Part shown: piece after piece, positions 25,199 to 33,894 of the stretch
Layout of the letters: every line of letters starts with the position of its first letter
How positions within the stretch are numbered: position 1 is the first letter of the stretch
Source of the DNA: Spirochaetales bacterium
GTDB lineage: Bacteria; Spirochaetota; Spirochaetia; Treponematales; Treponemataceae
DNA: 64,000 nt
Direction of reading: 5' to 3'
Assembly: GCA_003246335.1 (NCBI GenBank)
Contig: QKAR01000114.1
Coordinates: 920-64,919 of the forward strand
Notes under the pieces: generated by a model
The model's input: only the letters and a program-made list of their open reading frames with translations
Databases searched by the model: none
Told to the model about the DNA's origin: nothing
Position numbers and translations under genes: made by a program

Positions 25199-28006
25199 TC
25201 ATTTCGACGTCATGTTGATCACGTCGGACCAATCGTCGGCAACGCCGGACTTCACGAGCTCGGCGAGTCGATCCCGGAAAATTTTCGAAGGTTCGTCCGA
25301 ATGGTCGATCTCCACGCAATCCTCGAAATGCGCGAGCGATTCCGCGAATCGTTTCTCGCGGTACGCGTCGATGCCGAGGTCGAAACTCTCGACGAGGGCG
25401 ACGGCCTTCTCGGTCGCCTCGGCGCGCACGGCCATGACGTTATAGAGCTGGACGGGCGTGTTGATGCCGACGACGCGGACGCGGTCGAGCTTGCGGCCAA
25501 GGAACATGCCCTCAGTCGCGTCCCAGGTCGACTCAGACGCGAGTATCCAGGTAGCATACTGTTTGTTGACGCCCTCAAGGCGCGCCGCGAGGTTCACGTC
25601 ATTGCCCATAATCGTGTAATTCATCTTATTGTCGGTTCCCATGTTCCCGACGACCATCGCTCCGGTATTGACGCCGATGCGCGTGTGTATCTCCATTGGC
25701 ACGTCGCCGGCCGCGCGGAACTCCTCGTTCAGCCGGTCTTCGGCCTCTTTCATGCGCACGGCCGCGAGGCAGGCTTTTTTCGCGTGATCCGGCAAATCGA
25801 TCGGCGCGCCGAAAAACGACACGATCGCGTCGCCGATGTACTTATCGATAGTGCCGCGCTGCTCAAGCACGATATCGCTCATCACCGTCAGGTATTTATT
25901 GAGAATCTGAACCAAATGTTCCGGCGTGACTTTTTCGGACAGCGACGAAAAGCTCTTAATGTCGGTAAACAGCGCGGTGATGCGTTTTTCCTGGCCGCCG
26001 AGCTTCAAGGCTTCCGGGTGCGAGACGATTTGGTCCACGACGTCGGCCGAAAGGTACGTCGAGAACGCCTTGCGCAGGAAACTCTTTTCCTGCTCCGAGA
26101 AAACGAATTTCAGGATCGATATCATCACGAACGTCATGACGACGGAGAAGAGCGGAACGAAGAGCGAAACATACACGCGGAAGGCGGCGAACGCCCCGAG
26201 CACGCCGACGAAGGCGAATACCGACGCGGCGAGGCCGAACGCGATGCGTCCCGCAAGGGAGGTAATCTTGCGATTCGCGATCGCGACGATCCAGCAAAGG
26301 ACGAGAGCGAGGGCCCAGGACGCCCACGACGGCAAGGGGTAAATGAACTGCCGCGTCATGATCGTGTTGTAAATATTCGCGTGGGTACCGACGTTCGGGT
26401 AACTCTTGCGAAAAGGATTAACGCCGAGATCGGTACTTCCCGTCGCGGTATTACCGAGGATGCAGAACGAGCCGGCGCCAGCGTTTTCGAGAAAGGCGAT
26501 TTGCTCCCCGTAAGCCGTGAATTCCTCGCGGTATACGTCGAAGTTCTTCTTCACGCTCTCCTTGAGCTCCGCGTACTTCGCGTCTCCGGTGGCCGCGCCG
26601 ACGCGGTCAAACGTATCGTAAATTTCGGTGTCGTACCCGCCGTCGAGGAATTGGCCGTAGTTCGAGAAAAACTCCTTTTTAGCCGCGAAATACCCGTCAT
26701 AGTCGTCGCGCGTTCCGTCGAGCAAGCCGGTTTTCCAGGCGTCCAAATCCTTCCGAGAGGCGAGAAGCCACTGCACGGCGTCATGATAGGAAAGGTATCC
26801 CGAGGCGGTCTTTATGCCGAGAGCGTCAATCGCCGAAAGATTATCCACGAGTTTTTCCTCAAGGGCGTCCGCGCGGATGAAGGCGGTGACTGAAACGTGC
26901 CGAAAGCTCGAGTTTTCGGGATTCGACGAATCGCTGAACATTTTTTTCAGCCAGTTAATGAGAAACCGGCCATGCTCGTCGAGCGGAATTTTCAAATCTG
27001 CCCGCTTGTCGGAGGAGGGATTCTCCGGATCAAGCGCGTTCACAAGCGTGATGTGGTTACCCGAGCGCACGATTTTTTCCGGCTGAAGGATGTCGATGAT
27101 CGGCGCGAACACGAGCTGGGCGACGTATTTCCCGTTATATTCCGCGAGAAGCGGGATGCGCCTGCGGACGCCGTCGGGGTCGATAACGACGTTTGGGAAG
27201 CCCGCGCCGCGAACTTTGCTCAAAAGGGGCAGGATCGCCGGCGCTATTCCCGGCTCGGTATCGGCATCCCCTTCTTGCCGGGTCAGGAGGTTTTCCGCCG
27301 GTATGAGCCGATGCGGGTCGTCCACGTTCGAAAGCATGATATGCTCATACGCGAAATCCTCGGCGGGCTTCGACTCATCGGTCGTGTTTATGCGCTGCGA
27401 ATTGATCGTTAGGTACGCGTTGCCGAAAAAATGGATGGCTTGGGCGAAATAGGCGTCGTTGTCGCGAAAAATATTAGCCGTGATCGAGTCGGAAAGCGAA
27501 GCCATGTCGGAGGAAATGTAGCCGCCGAGTTCGCCGCCGACTTCACCGACATACGAGAGCGGGATATTCTTCGACTCAACCGCGTCGGTGAAATCTTTCA
27601 CGTATTGCAACACCTCGTCCCGAACGCCCGAAAATTGCGCCGGAAACTCGTTTTTTACGTAGGCGCGGTTGACGCCGGTTTGGCCGGGATTCAGGTACTC
27701 AATATCGAAAACCGCGTATTTGGCGCCGGTTTCCCGCATACGGATCAGCACGTCGGCAATAACGTCGCGGCTCCAAGGCCACGCGCCGACTTCCTCGATG
27801 GCGGAATCGTCGATGTTAACCATTAATACGTCATGGCGCTCCGTTGGGGCCGGCTTTAAGGCCAAAAGCCAGTTATAGAGGCGAAACTCGACGCCTCGGC
27901 CCGCATCGCTCATCGAGAGCGCGACGAATAACGCTAAAACTACAGCGGCAACGCAGTATTCCAGGCGTTTTCGGAAAAAGTCCGCCAGATTTTTCGTTTT
28001 TTTCAT
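25199..28006 (-). CDS. CHASE2-domain class III adenylate cyclase (TM-CHASE2-3TM-cyclase-TPR-like tail)
   Basis: NIDDSAIEEVGAWPWSR and DPDGVRRR (CHASE2); three TMs; LFTDIKSF, DKYIGD (Lys indicates ATP specificity), HTRIGVNTG, NYTIMGNDVNLAARLEG. Start ATG 28006 after GGGGAG. Confidence 0.95.
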   Translation of the reverse strand: MKKTKNLADFFRKRLEYCVAAVVLALFVALSMSDAGRGVEFRLYNWLLALKPAPTERHDVLMVNIDDSAIEEVGAWPWSRDVIADVLIRMRETGAKYAVFDIEYLNPGQTGVNRAYVKNEFPAQFSGVRDEVLQYVKDFTDAVESKNIPLSYVGEVGGELGGYISSDMASLSDSITANIFRDNDAYFAQAIHFFGNAYLTINSQRINTTDESKPAEDFAYEHIMLSNVDDPHRLIPAENLLTRQEGDADTEPGIAPAILPLLSKVRGAGFPNVVIDPDGVRRRIPLLAEYNGKYVAQLVFAPIIDILQPEKIVRSGNHITLVNALDPENPSSDKRADLKIPLDEHGRFLINWLKKMFSDSSNPENSSFRHVSVTAFIRADALEEKLVDNLSAIDALGIKTASGYLSYHDAVQWLLASRKDLDAWKTGLLDGTRDDYDGYFAAKKEFFSNYGQFLDGGYDTEIYDTFDRVGAATGDAKYAELKESVKKNFDVYREEFTAYGEQIAFLENAGAGSFCILGNTATGSTDLGVNPFRKSYPNVGTHANIYNTIMTRQFIYPLPSWASWALALVLCWIVAIANRKITSLAGRIAFGLAASVFAFVGVLGAFAAFRVYVSLFVPLFSVVMTFVMISILKFVFSEQEKSFLRKAFSTYLSADVVDQIVSHPEALKLGGQEKRITALFTDIKSFSSLSEKVTPEHLVQILNKYLTVMSDIVLEQRGTIDKYIGDAIVSFFGAPIDLPDHAKKACLAAVRMKEAEDRLNEEFRAAGDVPMEIHTRIGVNTGAMVVGNMGTDNKMNYTIMGNDVNLAARLEGVNKQYATWILASESTWDATEGMFLGRKLDRVRVVGINTPVQLYNVMAVRAEATEKAVALVESFDLGIDAYREKRFAESLAHFEDCVEIDHSDEPSKIFRDRLAELVKSGVADDWSDVINMTSK

Positions 28007-28124
28007 CCTTTTTCGCTCCCCCAAAAACTATACTTAACTATAGGATACTATACACGGAAAGTGAACGATAGCAATGGATTCATTTTCTTTTTGTGGTATA
28101 CTCAGCTAAATAAGGAGAGCGTCG

Positions 28125-29213
28125 ATGGATCAGATAAAAAGTATTTGTACGTCGGTGTTTGCGCTCGCGCTCCTCAGCGGCGTCGCAGGCGAGACCATCA
28201 ACTGGCGCATGAATCCAGGACAGCAATTCGAGGCGAAAACGACGATACAAGAGTCGATTCGCGACTTGCGAACCGTCACGGTAAAGCCAGAAACGACGGC
28301 GAGCATGACGATAGAACAGGATGTTGCCGCGTCTCGAAAGAGCACGCTTGAAAACCTCGAGGGAATCCCCAGTTTCCCCGACCGCGCGATAAGCGTGGGC
28401 GACACGTGGAATGAGGCCGCGACGGCAACGTACGACCTGAAGAAATTCGGCATCGATGAGCCATTGAAAATATCGGTTGACGTCCGATTCAAACTCCTCG
28501 GGACGACGCTCGTCAACGATCTTCCATATTACCGGATTTCCGCGGAATGGTTCCCGTTCCGAATACTCGACGCGAAAACCGCTAAACGAAGCGGCATAGC
28601 CCGCATTTCCGGCCATTCAAGCATGGATATTCTCTGGGATAATCGTTCCGGAGGCCCCAAAAAAATCGATTTGAGCGAAGAGACTCAATTCCGATTTTCC
28701 GAGAATTCCCAAATAATCCTGCAAAGGAGAACGGTGCAGGATTTTAAGACGGTCGCCGAAATCCTTCGGGAAAAGGCGATCAAGCAAATCTCCGAGCAGA
28801 TCAAGGCGCAAGCGGTCGAGCACGTCGAAGTCAAGCAATCGGACGAAGGCATCGTCCTTTCGGTCGAAAACATCCAATTCGACGCGGAATCGGCGACGCT
28901 CAGCTCCACCGAAAAGGCGAAAATCGACCGAATCGGCAAACTGCTCGCGCCCTTCGCGAACCGTAAGATCAGCGTAGTCGGCCATGCTGCCTCGACGCCG
29001 GACTCGACGGAGGAGGAACTCGTGAGGCTATCGGCCGAGCGGGCGCAAGCGGTCGCGAATTACCTCGCGGAGAAAAACTTCAAGCCGAGCGACATGATCG
29101 TCGCGAGCGGCATGGGCGGCTCAAAGCCGCTCGCCTCGAACGACACCGCCGAGGGGCGAAGCAAAAACCGCCGAGTTGAAATCGTCATTCTTGACGAGGA
29201 GGCGCAACAATGA
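28125..29213 (+). CDS. Exported OmpA-C domain protein, Tpn50-like N-terminal domain
   Basis: Signal peptide, PSFPDRAISVGDTW, NIQFDAESATL, VVGHA, LSAERAQAV..YL, GMGGSKPLASN, NRRVEI. Confidence 0.9.
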   Translation: MDQIKSICTSVFALALLSGVAGETINWRMNPGQQFEAKTTIQESIRDLRTVTVKPETTASMTIEQDVAASRKSTLENLEGIPSFPDRAISVGDTWNEAATATYDLKKFGIDEPLKISVDVRFKLLGTTLVNDLPYYRISAEWFPFRILDAKTAKRSGIARISGHSSMDILWDNRSGGPKKIDLSEETQFRFSENSQIILQRRTVQDFKTVAEILREKAIKQISEQIKAQAVEHVEVKQSDEGIVLSVENIQFDAESATLSSTEKAKIDRIGKLLAPFANRKISVVGHAASTPDSTEEELVRLSAERAQAVANYLAEKNFKPSDMIVASGMGGSKPLASNDTAEGRSKNRRVEIVILDEEAQQ

Positions 29214-29725
29214 AAAAACCGATACTCGCCATTCTCGCCGCGATCGCGTTCCTGCCCGTCTACGGGCAGGAAGCCGCGGTCGTCTCTGACATCCTTTCGC
29301 GGCCGGTGGCGACCGTCATGGACATGTCCTACCTCGTCGCCAGCGCGAGCGGCGTCGATTGCACGCCGTTCGAGGCTTACGCCTTCTGCGACCAGTTCGG
29401 CGTATTTCCGCTCACGCGCCGGCCCGACGCGCCGGTGACCGTTCGGGACGCTTCATACTTTTTTATGTCGGCGTACGGATTAAAGGGCGGCATTATGTGG
29501 AACGCGCTCAAAAACCCCCGCTACGCGTGGAAGGAGCTCAAGGCGAACGGCTTTTGGAAACAAGGAACCGACCCGGGCGCGACGCTTTCGGGAAGAGACC
29601 TCGTGCGCGCAGTCGGTAAATTTTACGAGACGTGGCCGGACGCGAAGCTCCGCGTGCCTACGATGATTCAAGCGTCAGATCAAAACCGGAAAGCCTTGCT
29701 TGCCGGAGAGGAGAGCGCACAATGA
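29210..29725 (+). CDS. Exported small protein with SLH-like repeats
   Basis: Signal peptide; PDAPVTVRDASYFFMSAY and DPGATLSGRDLVRAV resemble the SLH 'P-x-x-x-I-T-R-x-E' helix motif. ATGA overlap with the ompA-like gene. Confidence 0.65.
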   Translation: MKKPILAILAAIAFLPVYGQEAAVVSDILSRPVATVMDMSYLVASASGVDCTPFEAYAFCDQFGVFPLTRRPDAPVTVRDASYFFMSAYGLKGGIMWNALKNPRYAWKELKANGFWKQGTDPGATLSGRDLVRAVGKFYETWPDAKLRVPTMIQASDQNRKALLAGEESAQ

Positions 29726-30912
29726 AACAATGCATAAAACCGCTCGCCATCGCGATGCTTTCAATACCGCTCGCCGGAGGGCTTTTCGCCTTGGACACCG
29801 GCTTGGAACTCAGCAACGCGGTCGGCGATAAAAACACCGGCGAAGCCGATTGGTACACCGACCATAAATTGACCGGATGGCTTCGCCTGCCGCTGGGGAC
29901 GGGAACCGAAAACGCGCTTTCGGTGGAAGGCAGCCTCTACGCGGCCAAGCCCGCCAACGAGACTGACCTTAACTTTTTCGCCGATCTCGACTTGTGCCGC
30001 TTAAGTCTCGTTCCGGTCGCAAAGCCCGGCTTCCGCGTCGCGCTCGACGCCGGACGAATCCCCGTAGCCGACGCCTCGGGCCTCATTCTGAACCAAACCG
30101 TCGACGGCGCGGAGGCTCACGCCTCCTTCAAGGCGGCCAATATCGATTTCCTCGCCGGCTACACGGGCCTGCAAAACGCCCAAAAAGACGGAGCACTGAT
30201 GACGACGGACGATTTCGCCGATTCCGACGCGACTGATATTTATCCGCTCGGGTCAAGCAGAATTCTCGGTAAGGCGACCGCGCAATTCCCGCAGCTCATT
30301 AAGACGAATGACCTCATCGTCCAGGCGGTCGGGCAATACGATATGCGCCGCTATATCGACAGCGACCCGGATCAAGTCGTCGATACCTCGTATTTCTCGG
30401 TTATCTTAAACGGGCCAGTGGCTCAGACCCTCTTTTATTCCCTTACGGGCACGTTCCAGTCGGGAATTTTGGAGGAAAACGATAAGAAATACTCCGAGAA
30501 TTCCGCGCTTGCCTCGGCTCGCCTTGATTGGTATCCGGTTAAGAAAAACCACGGTTTCCTTCAAGTCGTGTATACCCCGCCCGAGGGCGATTTCTTCTCG
30601 GAATATTTGCCGATTACGTTTCAGGCGGCCGGGGACCTCTATGGCTTAGGTTATGGGGACCTGACCCGCATTTCCGCCGGGTGGTCCGCCGCCCCGCTTT
30701 CGATACTCAACGTTGACATAGCGGGCAAGGCGTTCGTATATTCGGAAAAACCCGATGGCGTCGACAGCGCTTACCAAGGCACGGAAGTTTCCGGGGGCGC
30801 GACGGTAAAGGCGACGAGCGACTTACGGCTACGGCTCAACGGCGCCGCCTTTTGGCCGCAAGACGAGGATATGCAATATCAAATATCGCTCAAAGCGATA
30901 TTCGACCTATAA
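29722..30912 (+). CDS. Predicted outer-membrane beta-barrel protein
   Basis: Signal peptide, many amphipathic alternating segments, and an alternating C-terminal strand YQISLKAIFDL. Start ATG 29722 (ATGA overlap, GAGGAG RBS). Confidence 0.7.
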   Translation: MKQCIKPLAIAMLSIPLAGGLFALDTGLELSNAVGDKNTGEADWYTDHKLTGWLRLPLGTGTENALSVEGSLYAAKPANETDLNFFADLDLCRLSLVPVAKPGFRVALDAGRIPVADASGLILNQTVDGAEAHASFKAANIDFLAGYTGLQNAQKDGALMTTDDFADSDATDIYPLGSSRILGKATAQFPQLIKTNDLIVQAVGQYDMRRYIDSDPDQVVDTSYFSVILNGPVAQTLFYSLTGTFQSGILEENDKKYSENSALASARLDWYPVKKNHGFLQVVYTPPEGDFFSEYLPITFQAAGDLYGLGYGDLTRISAGWSAAPLSILNVDIAGKAFVYSEKPDGVDSAYQGTEVSGGATVKATSDLRLRLNGAAFWPQDEDMQYQISLKAIFDL

Positions 30913-30934
30913 TTGGAGTGATGGGAGGTTTGCT

Positions 30935-31642
30935 ATGAATAGAACTATCGCGGCGATTTTCGCCTTCGCGCTCGTGGGAGCGGCGCCCCTGATCGCCCTT
31001 GACGGAACGATCGTGACCGTTACCGGAAAAGTGGAGTCCCAGGACGTTAATGGCGCATGGAAGACGCTCAAGGCGGGCGACGTCATCGCCTCTGGATCGA
31101 TGATTTCGACGGGCTTTAAGTCCGAGGCGACCGTTAAGCTCGGCGCGTCCATCCTCACCGTAAAGCCGCTGACGCGCATGACGCTGACGCAACTCGAGGA
31201 AAAGCAGGATACCGTCAACACCGAGCTCTATCTCGAGGTTGGAACCGTCAAGGCCGAGGTAAATTCCCTTAACAATAAGAAAAACGGATTTACCGTAAAA
31301 AGCCCGGCCGCGACCGCGTCCGTTCGCGGTACCGTGTTTCAAATCGGTGAATATCTCGTAGTGTTCGAGGGAAACGTCGCGTTGACTAACCCAATAGGCC
31401 AGCAGCGCAACGGAACCGCCGGGCAACAGCTCAATATCGTCGGAAATACCATCGCGAGCGCGGCCGTCGCCATGCAAAACGACTCGGGCGTCATTCAGCT
31501 GACGACGCTCCCGTCGACGGAGGTGTCTTCCCCGATTCTCGCGACGCTCGCGGCGAACGCGCCCGCAAAACCCGACGTCACCGCGGCGTCCGCGGCAGCG
31601 TCCGCGAGCACCGTCGCGACGCTCGCGCTCACGCTCGAGTAA
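30935..31642 (+). CDS. Secreted FecR-domain protein
   Basis: Signal peptide, GKVE, LKAGDVI..GSMISTG..SEATVKL, LEVGTV, FTVKSPAATASVRGT.F, VFEGNV. Confidence 0.88.
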   Translation: MNRTIAAIFAFALVGAAPLIALDGTIVTVTGKVESQDVNGAWKTLKAGDVIASGSMISTGFKSEATVKLGASILTVKPLTRMTLTQLEEKQDTVNTELYLEVGTVKAEVNSLNNKKNGFTVKSPAATASVRGTVFQIGEYLVVFEGNVALTNPIGQQRNGTAGQQLNIVGNTIASAAVAMQNDSGVIQLTTLPSTEVSSPILATLAANAPAKPDVTAASAAASASTVATLALTLE

Positions 31643-31660
31643 AGTCGCGGATCACAGCAT

Positions 31661-31693
31661 GAAAAAACCCCGGGTTTCGCCCGGGTTTTTTTT
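31661..31693. terminator. Bidirectional terminator between the FecR gene and parC
   Basis: A6-CCCGGG-tttcg-CCCGGG-T8 between convergent genes. Confidence 0.85.
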
Positions 31694-31772
31694 ATCGGTT
31701 GCGCGTAGACGGTGAACGGGATTTCGCTCGCCGGCGAGCGATACCACCTAGCCGGCGATGACTGTCACACCG

Positions 31773-33893
31773 CTATTTTTTTTTCGTTTTCGCCGAAGGT
31801 TTCGACTTATTCGGCGTTTTTTTCGTCGGCTTTTCGGGGGCGATCGCCGCTGAGGATTTCCTCGCCGCTGGCTTGGCCGCCGATTTCACCGATTTTTTCG
31901 CGCCCAATTCGCCTTCCCGAGACTCGGTCGCCTCGGCGATTTTCGCCGCGGCCTTGCGCAAGCCACCCGATGCCGAGCCGGACGCAGCCGCTTCGCTGAC
32001 CGACTGAACCACGCGCGGCGCAAGCCGGACGCCGAGCGTCTTAAGTCCCTTTTCCTCGAAGTCGTGCGCGTTAAAAGTCTCCTCGGAAATTTTTATGCGC
32101 GCCTTCGGCTCGTAGCGCACGGTGAACGACGCCTTTTCTTTCGTGCCGACGTAGAGAACGGTCGCGCCGTCGGGAACGATGAGATAGTCGCGGTTCAGGA
32201 TGTAGCCCTCGATTCGGCAGCGTTTGATGTGCGGATAGCCCGTCTTGCCGTCCTTATACACGACCGTGAACAGTATCTTCGAAAGGATCTCCTTGTCGGC
32301 GAAACCGCAATAGCGCAGTTCCTTGTCGACGAAGAGTCGGTCGGGGACGTCCATGACCGCGTACACGCCGCTGCGGCGCAGCACGATGATGCGGTCGTAC
32401 GGCGTCACTTTCATGATTTCCTCGCCCGAGGAGACGGCGGTTCCGAGATAGCCGGTTTCCGCGTCATAGCGAAGCGACGTGTCGCGCGTGACCGCTTCCT
32501 TCGCGTCGACCTTCGTGAAGCGAGCGAGTTCGGTCTTGCGCGACGTCGCGGCAGGATCAAGCCCTTTCAGGATTCCGTCGAGCACGTCGATGGCGTACGC
32601 GACGAGGTTTTTCAAAAGCTTGTTGATTTCCTTGATGCGCGCGTTAATCTCGGCTACCTCGGCCCGGTTGCGGTTGATGTCGTACAGCGATATGCGCCGG
32701 ATCGGGATCTTGAGAAGGCGATCGACGTCCTCCTCGGTGACCTCGCGGATGAGCTCCGCGGAGAACGGCTCGAAGCCCTTCAGCACCGCCTTGATTACCC
32801 CGTCCGCGGTTTTCATCGTCTCGATTCTTTTGTAAATGCGCTCCTCGACGAATATTCGCTCAAGGGTGCGCGCGTGGAGGCGATCGACGAGATTTCGCTT
32901 CTCGAGCTCAAGCTCCTCCTTCAGAATTTTCACGAGCCGCTTCGCGTGGTCTCGAACGATGTCGGTGACCGTCATCAGCGTCGGCATGGAATCCTTAATG
33001 ACGAGGAGGTTGCACGACACGGACTGCTCGCACTCGGTGAACGCGTACAGCGCGTCGACGACGTCTGGGGCGTACACTCCGCGCTGAAGCTTAATCTCGA
33101 TCTCCACCCTATCGGTGGTAAAGTCGTTTATTTCCGAGACCTTCACCTTGCCCGATTTCGCCGCGCTCTCGACCGAGGCGATTAGGCTTTCCGTCGTGCT
33201 CCCGAACGGAAGCTCGCGAATGACGATGCGCTTTTCGTCAGAAAGGTCGAGCTTCGCGCGGACGAGCACCTTACCGAGCCCGTCCTCGTAGCCCGATACG
33301 TCGACGAGACCGCCGGTCGGGAAATCGGGATACAGCGAAAACTTTTTCTCCGAGAGGCAGGCTTTTTCCGCCTCGATGATCTCGCGGATATTATGCGGGA
33401 GAATGCGAGTCGACATGCCGACCGCTATGCCCTCGGCGCCGATCGCGAGCACGATCGGGAGTTTCGCGCGGAACGCCGTCGGCTCGCGGTTGCGCCCGTC
33501 GTAGGAGTCGACGTAGTTCGTGATGTCGGGATTATGGAGCAAGGCCTTCGCGAGGGATGAAGCGCGGCACTCGATATAGCGCGGAGCCGAAGCGCCGTCG
33601 CCGGTCATGATGTTGCCGAAGTTCCCCTGCTTCTCGATGAACAGTTCCTTGTTCGCGAGGACGACGAGGGCGTCGCCGATGGAGGCGTCGCCGTGCGGGT
33701 GATACTTCATGGCCTGGCCGACGACGTTCGCGACCTTGTGGAATTTCCCGTCGTCTATCTCGAAGAGCGTATGAAGGATGCGCCGCTGGACGGGCTTGAG
33801 GCCGTCCTCGAGGTCGGGGATCGCGCGGTCGCGGATGACGTAGCTCGCGTACTCGAGGAAGTTTCGGTTAAAGAGCGATTTCAGGTAATCCAT
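31773..33893 (-). CDS. parC: DNA topoisomerase IV subunit A (type IIA topoisomerase A subunit)
   Basis: DRAIPDLEDGLKPVQRR, KYHPHGD, QGNFG, SAPRYIE (catalytic Tyr), YPDFPTGG. Short CTD plus a Lys/Ala-rich tail. Confidence 0.85.
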   Translation of the reverse strand: MDYLKSLFNRNFLEYASYVIRDRAIPDLEDGLKPVQRRILHTLFEIDDGKFHKVANVVGQAMKYHPHGDASIGDALVVLANKELFIEKQGNFGNIMTGDGASAPRYIECRASSLAKALLHNPDITNYVDSYDGRNREPTAFRAKLPIVLAIGAEGIAVGMSTRILPHNIREIIEAEKACLSEKKFSLYPDFPTGGLVDVSGYEDGLGKVLVRAKLDLSDEKRIVIRELPFGSTTESLIASVESAAKSGKVKVSEINDFTTDRVEIEIKLQRGVYAPDVVDALYAFTECEQSVSCNLLVIKDSMPTLMTVTDIVRDHAKRLVKILKEELELEKRNLVDRLHARTLERIFVEERIYKRIETMKTADGVIKAVLKGFEPFSAELIREVTEEDVDRLLKIPIRRISLYDINRNRAEVAEINARIKEINKLLKNLVAYAIDVLDGILKGLDPAATSRKTELARFTKVDAKEAVTRDTSLRYDAETGYLGTAVSSGEEIMKVTPYDRIIVLRRSGVYAVMDVPDRLFVDKELRYCGFADKEILSKILFTVVYKDGKTGYPHIKRCRIEGYILNRDYLIVPDGATVLYVGTKEKASFTVRYEPKARIKISEETFNAHDFEEKGLKTLGVRLAPRVVQSVSEAAASGSASGGLRKAAAKIAEATESREGELGAKKSVKSAAKPAARKSSAAIAPEKPTKKTPNKSKPSAKTKKK

Positions 33894-33894
33894 A

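Noticed and set aside
24884-26893. 669-aa plus-strand ORF antisense to the CHASE2 cyclase
   Set aside because: Shadow ORF: no motifs, no RBS or promoter, and explained by GC-rich codon bias of the real gene on the other strand.
31724-31741. Perfect 18-bp palindrome TCGCTCGCCGGCGAGCGA in the parC 3' UTR
   Set aside because: Single copy in GC-rich DNA; no REP-like family seen elsewhere in the window. At most an mRNA-stabilising hairpin.
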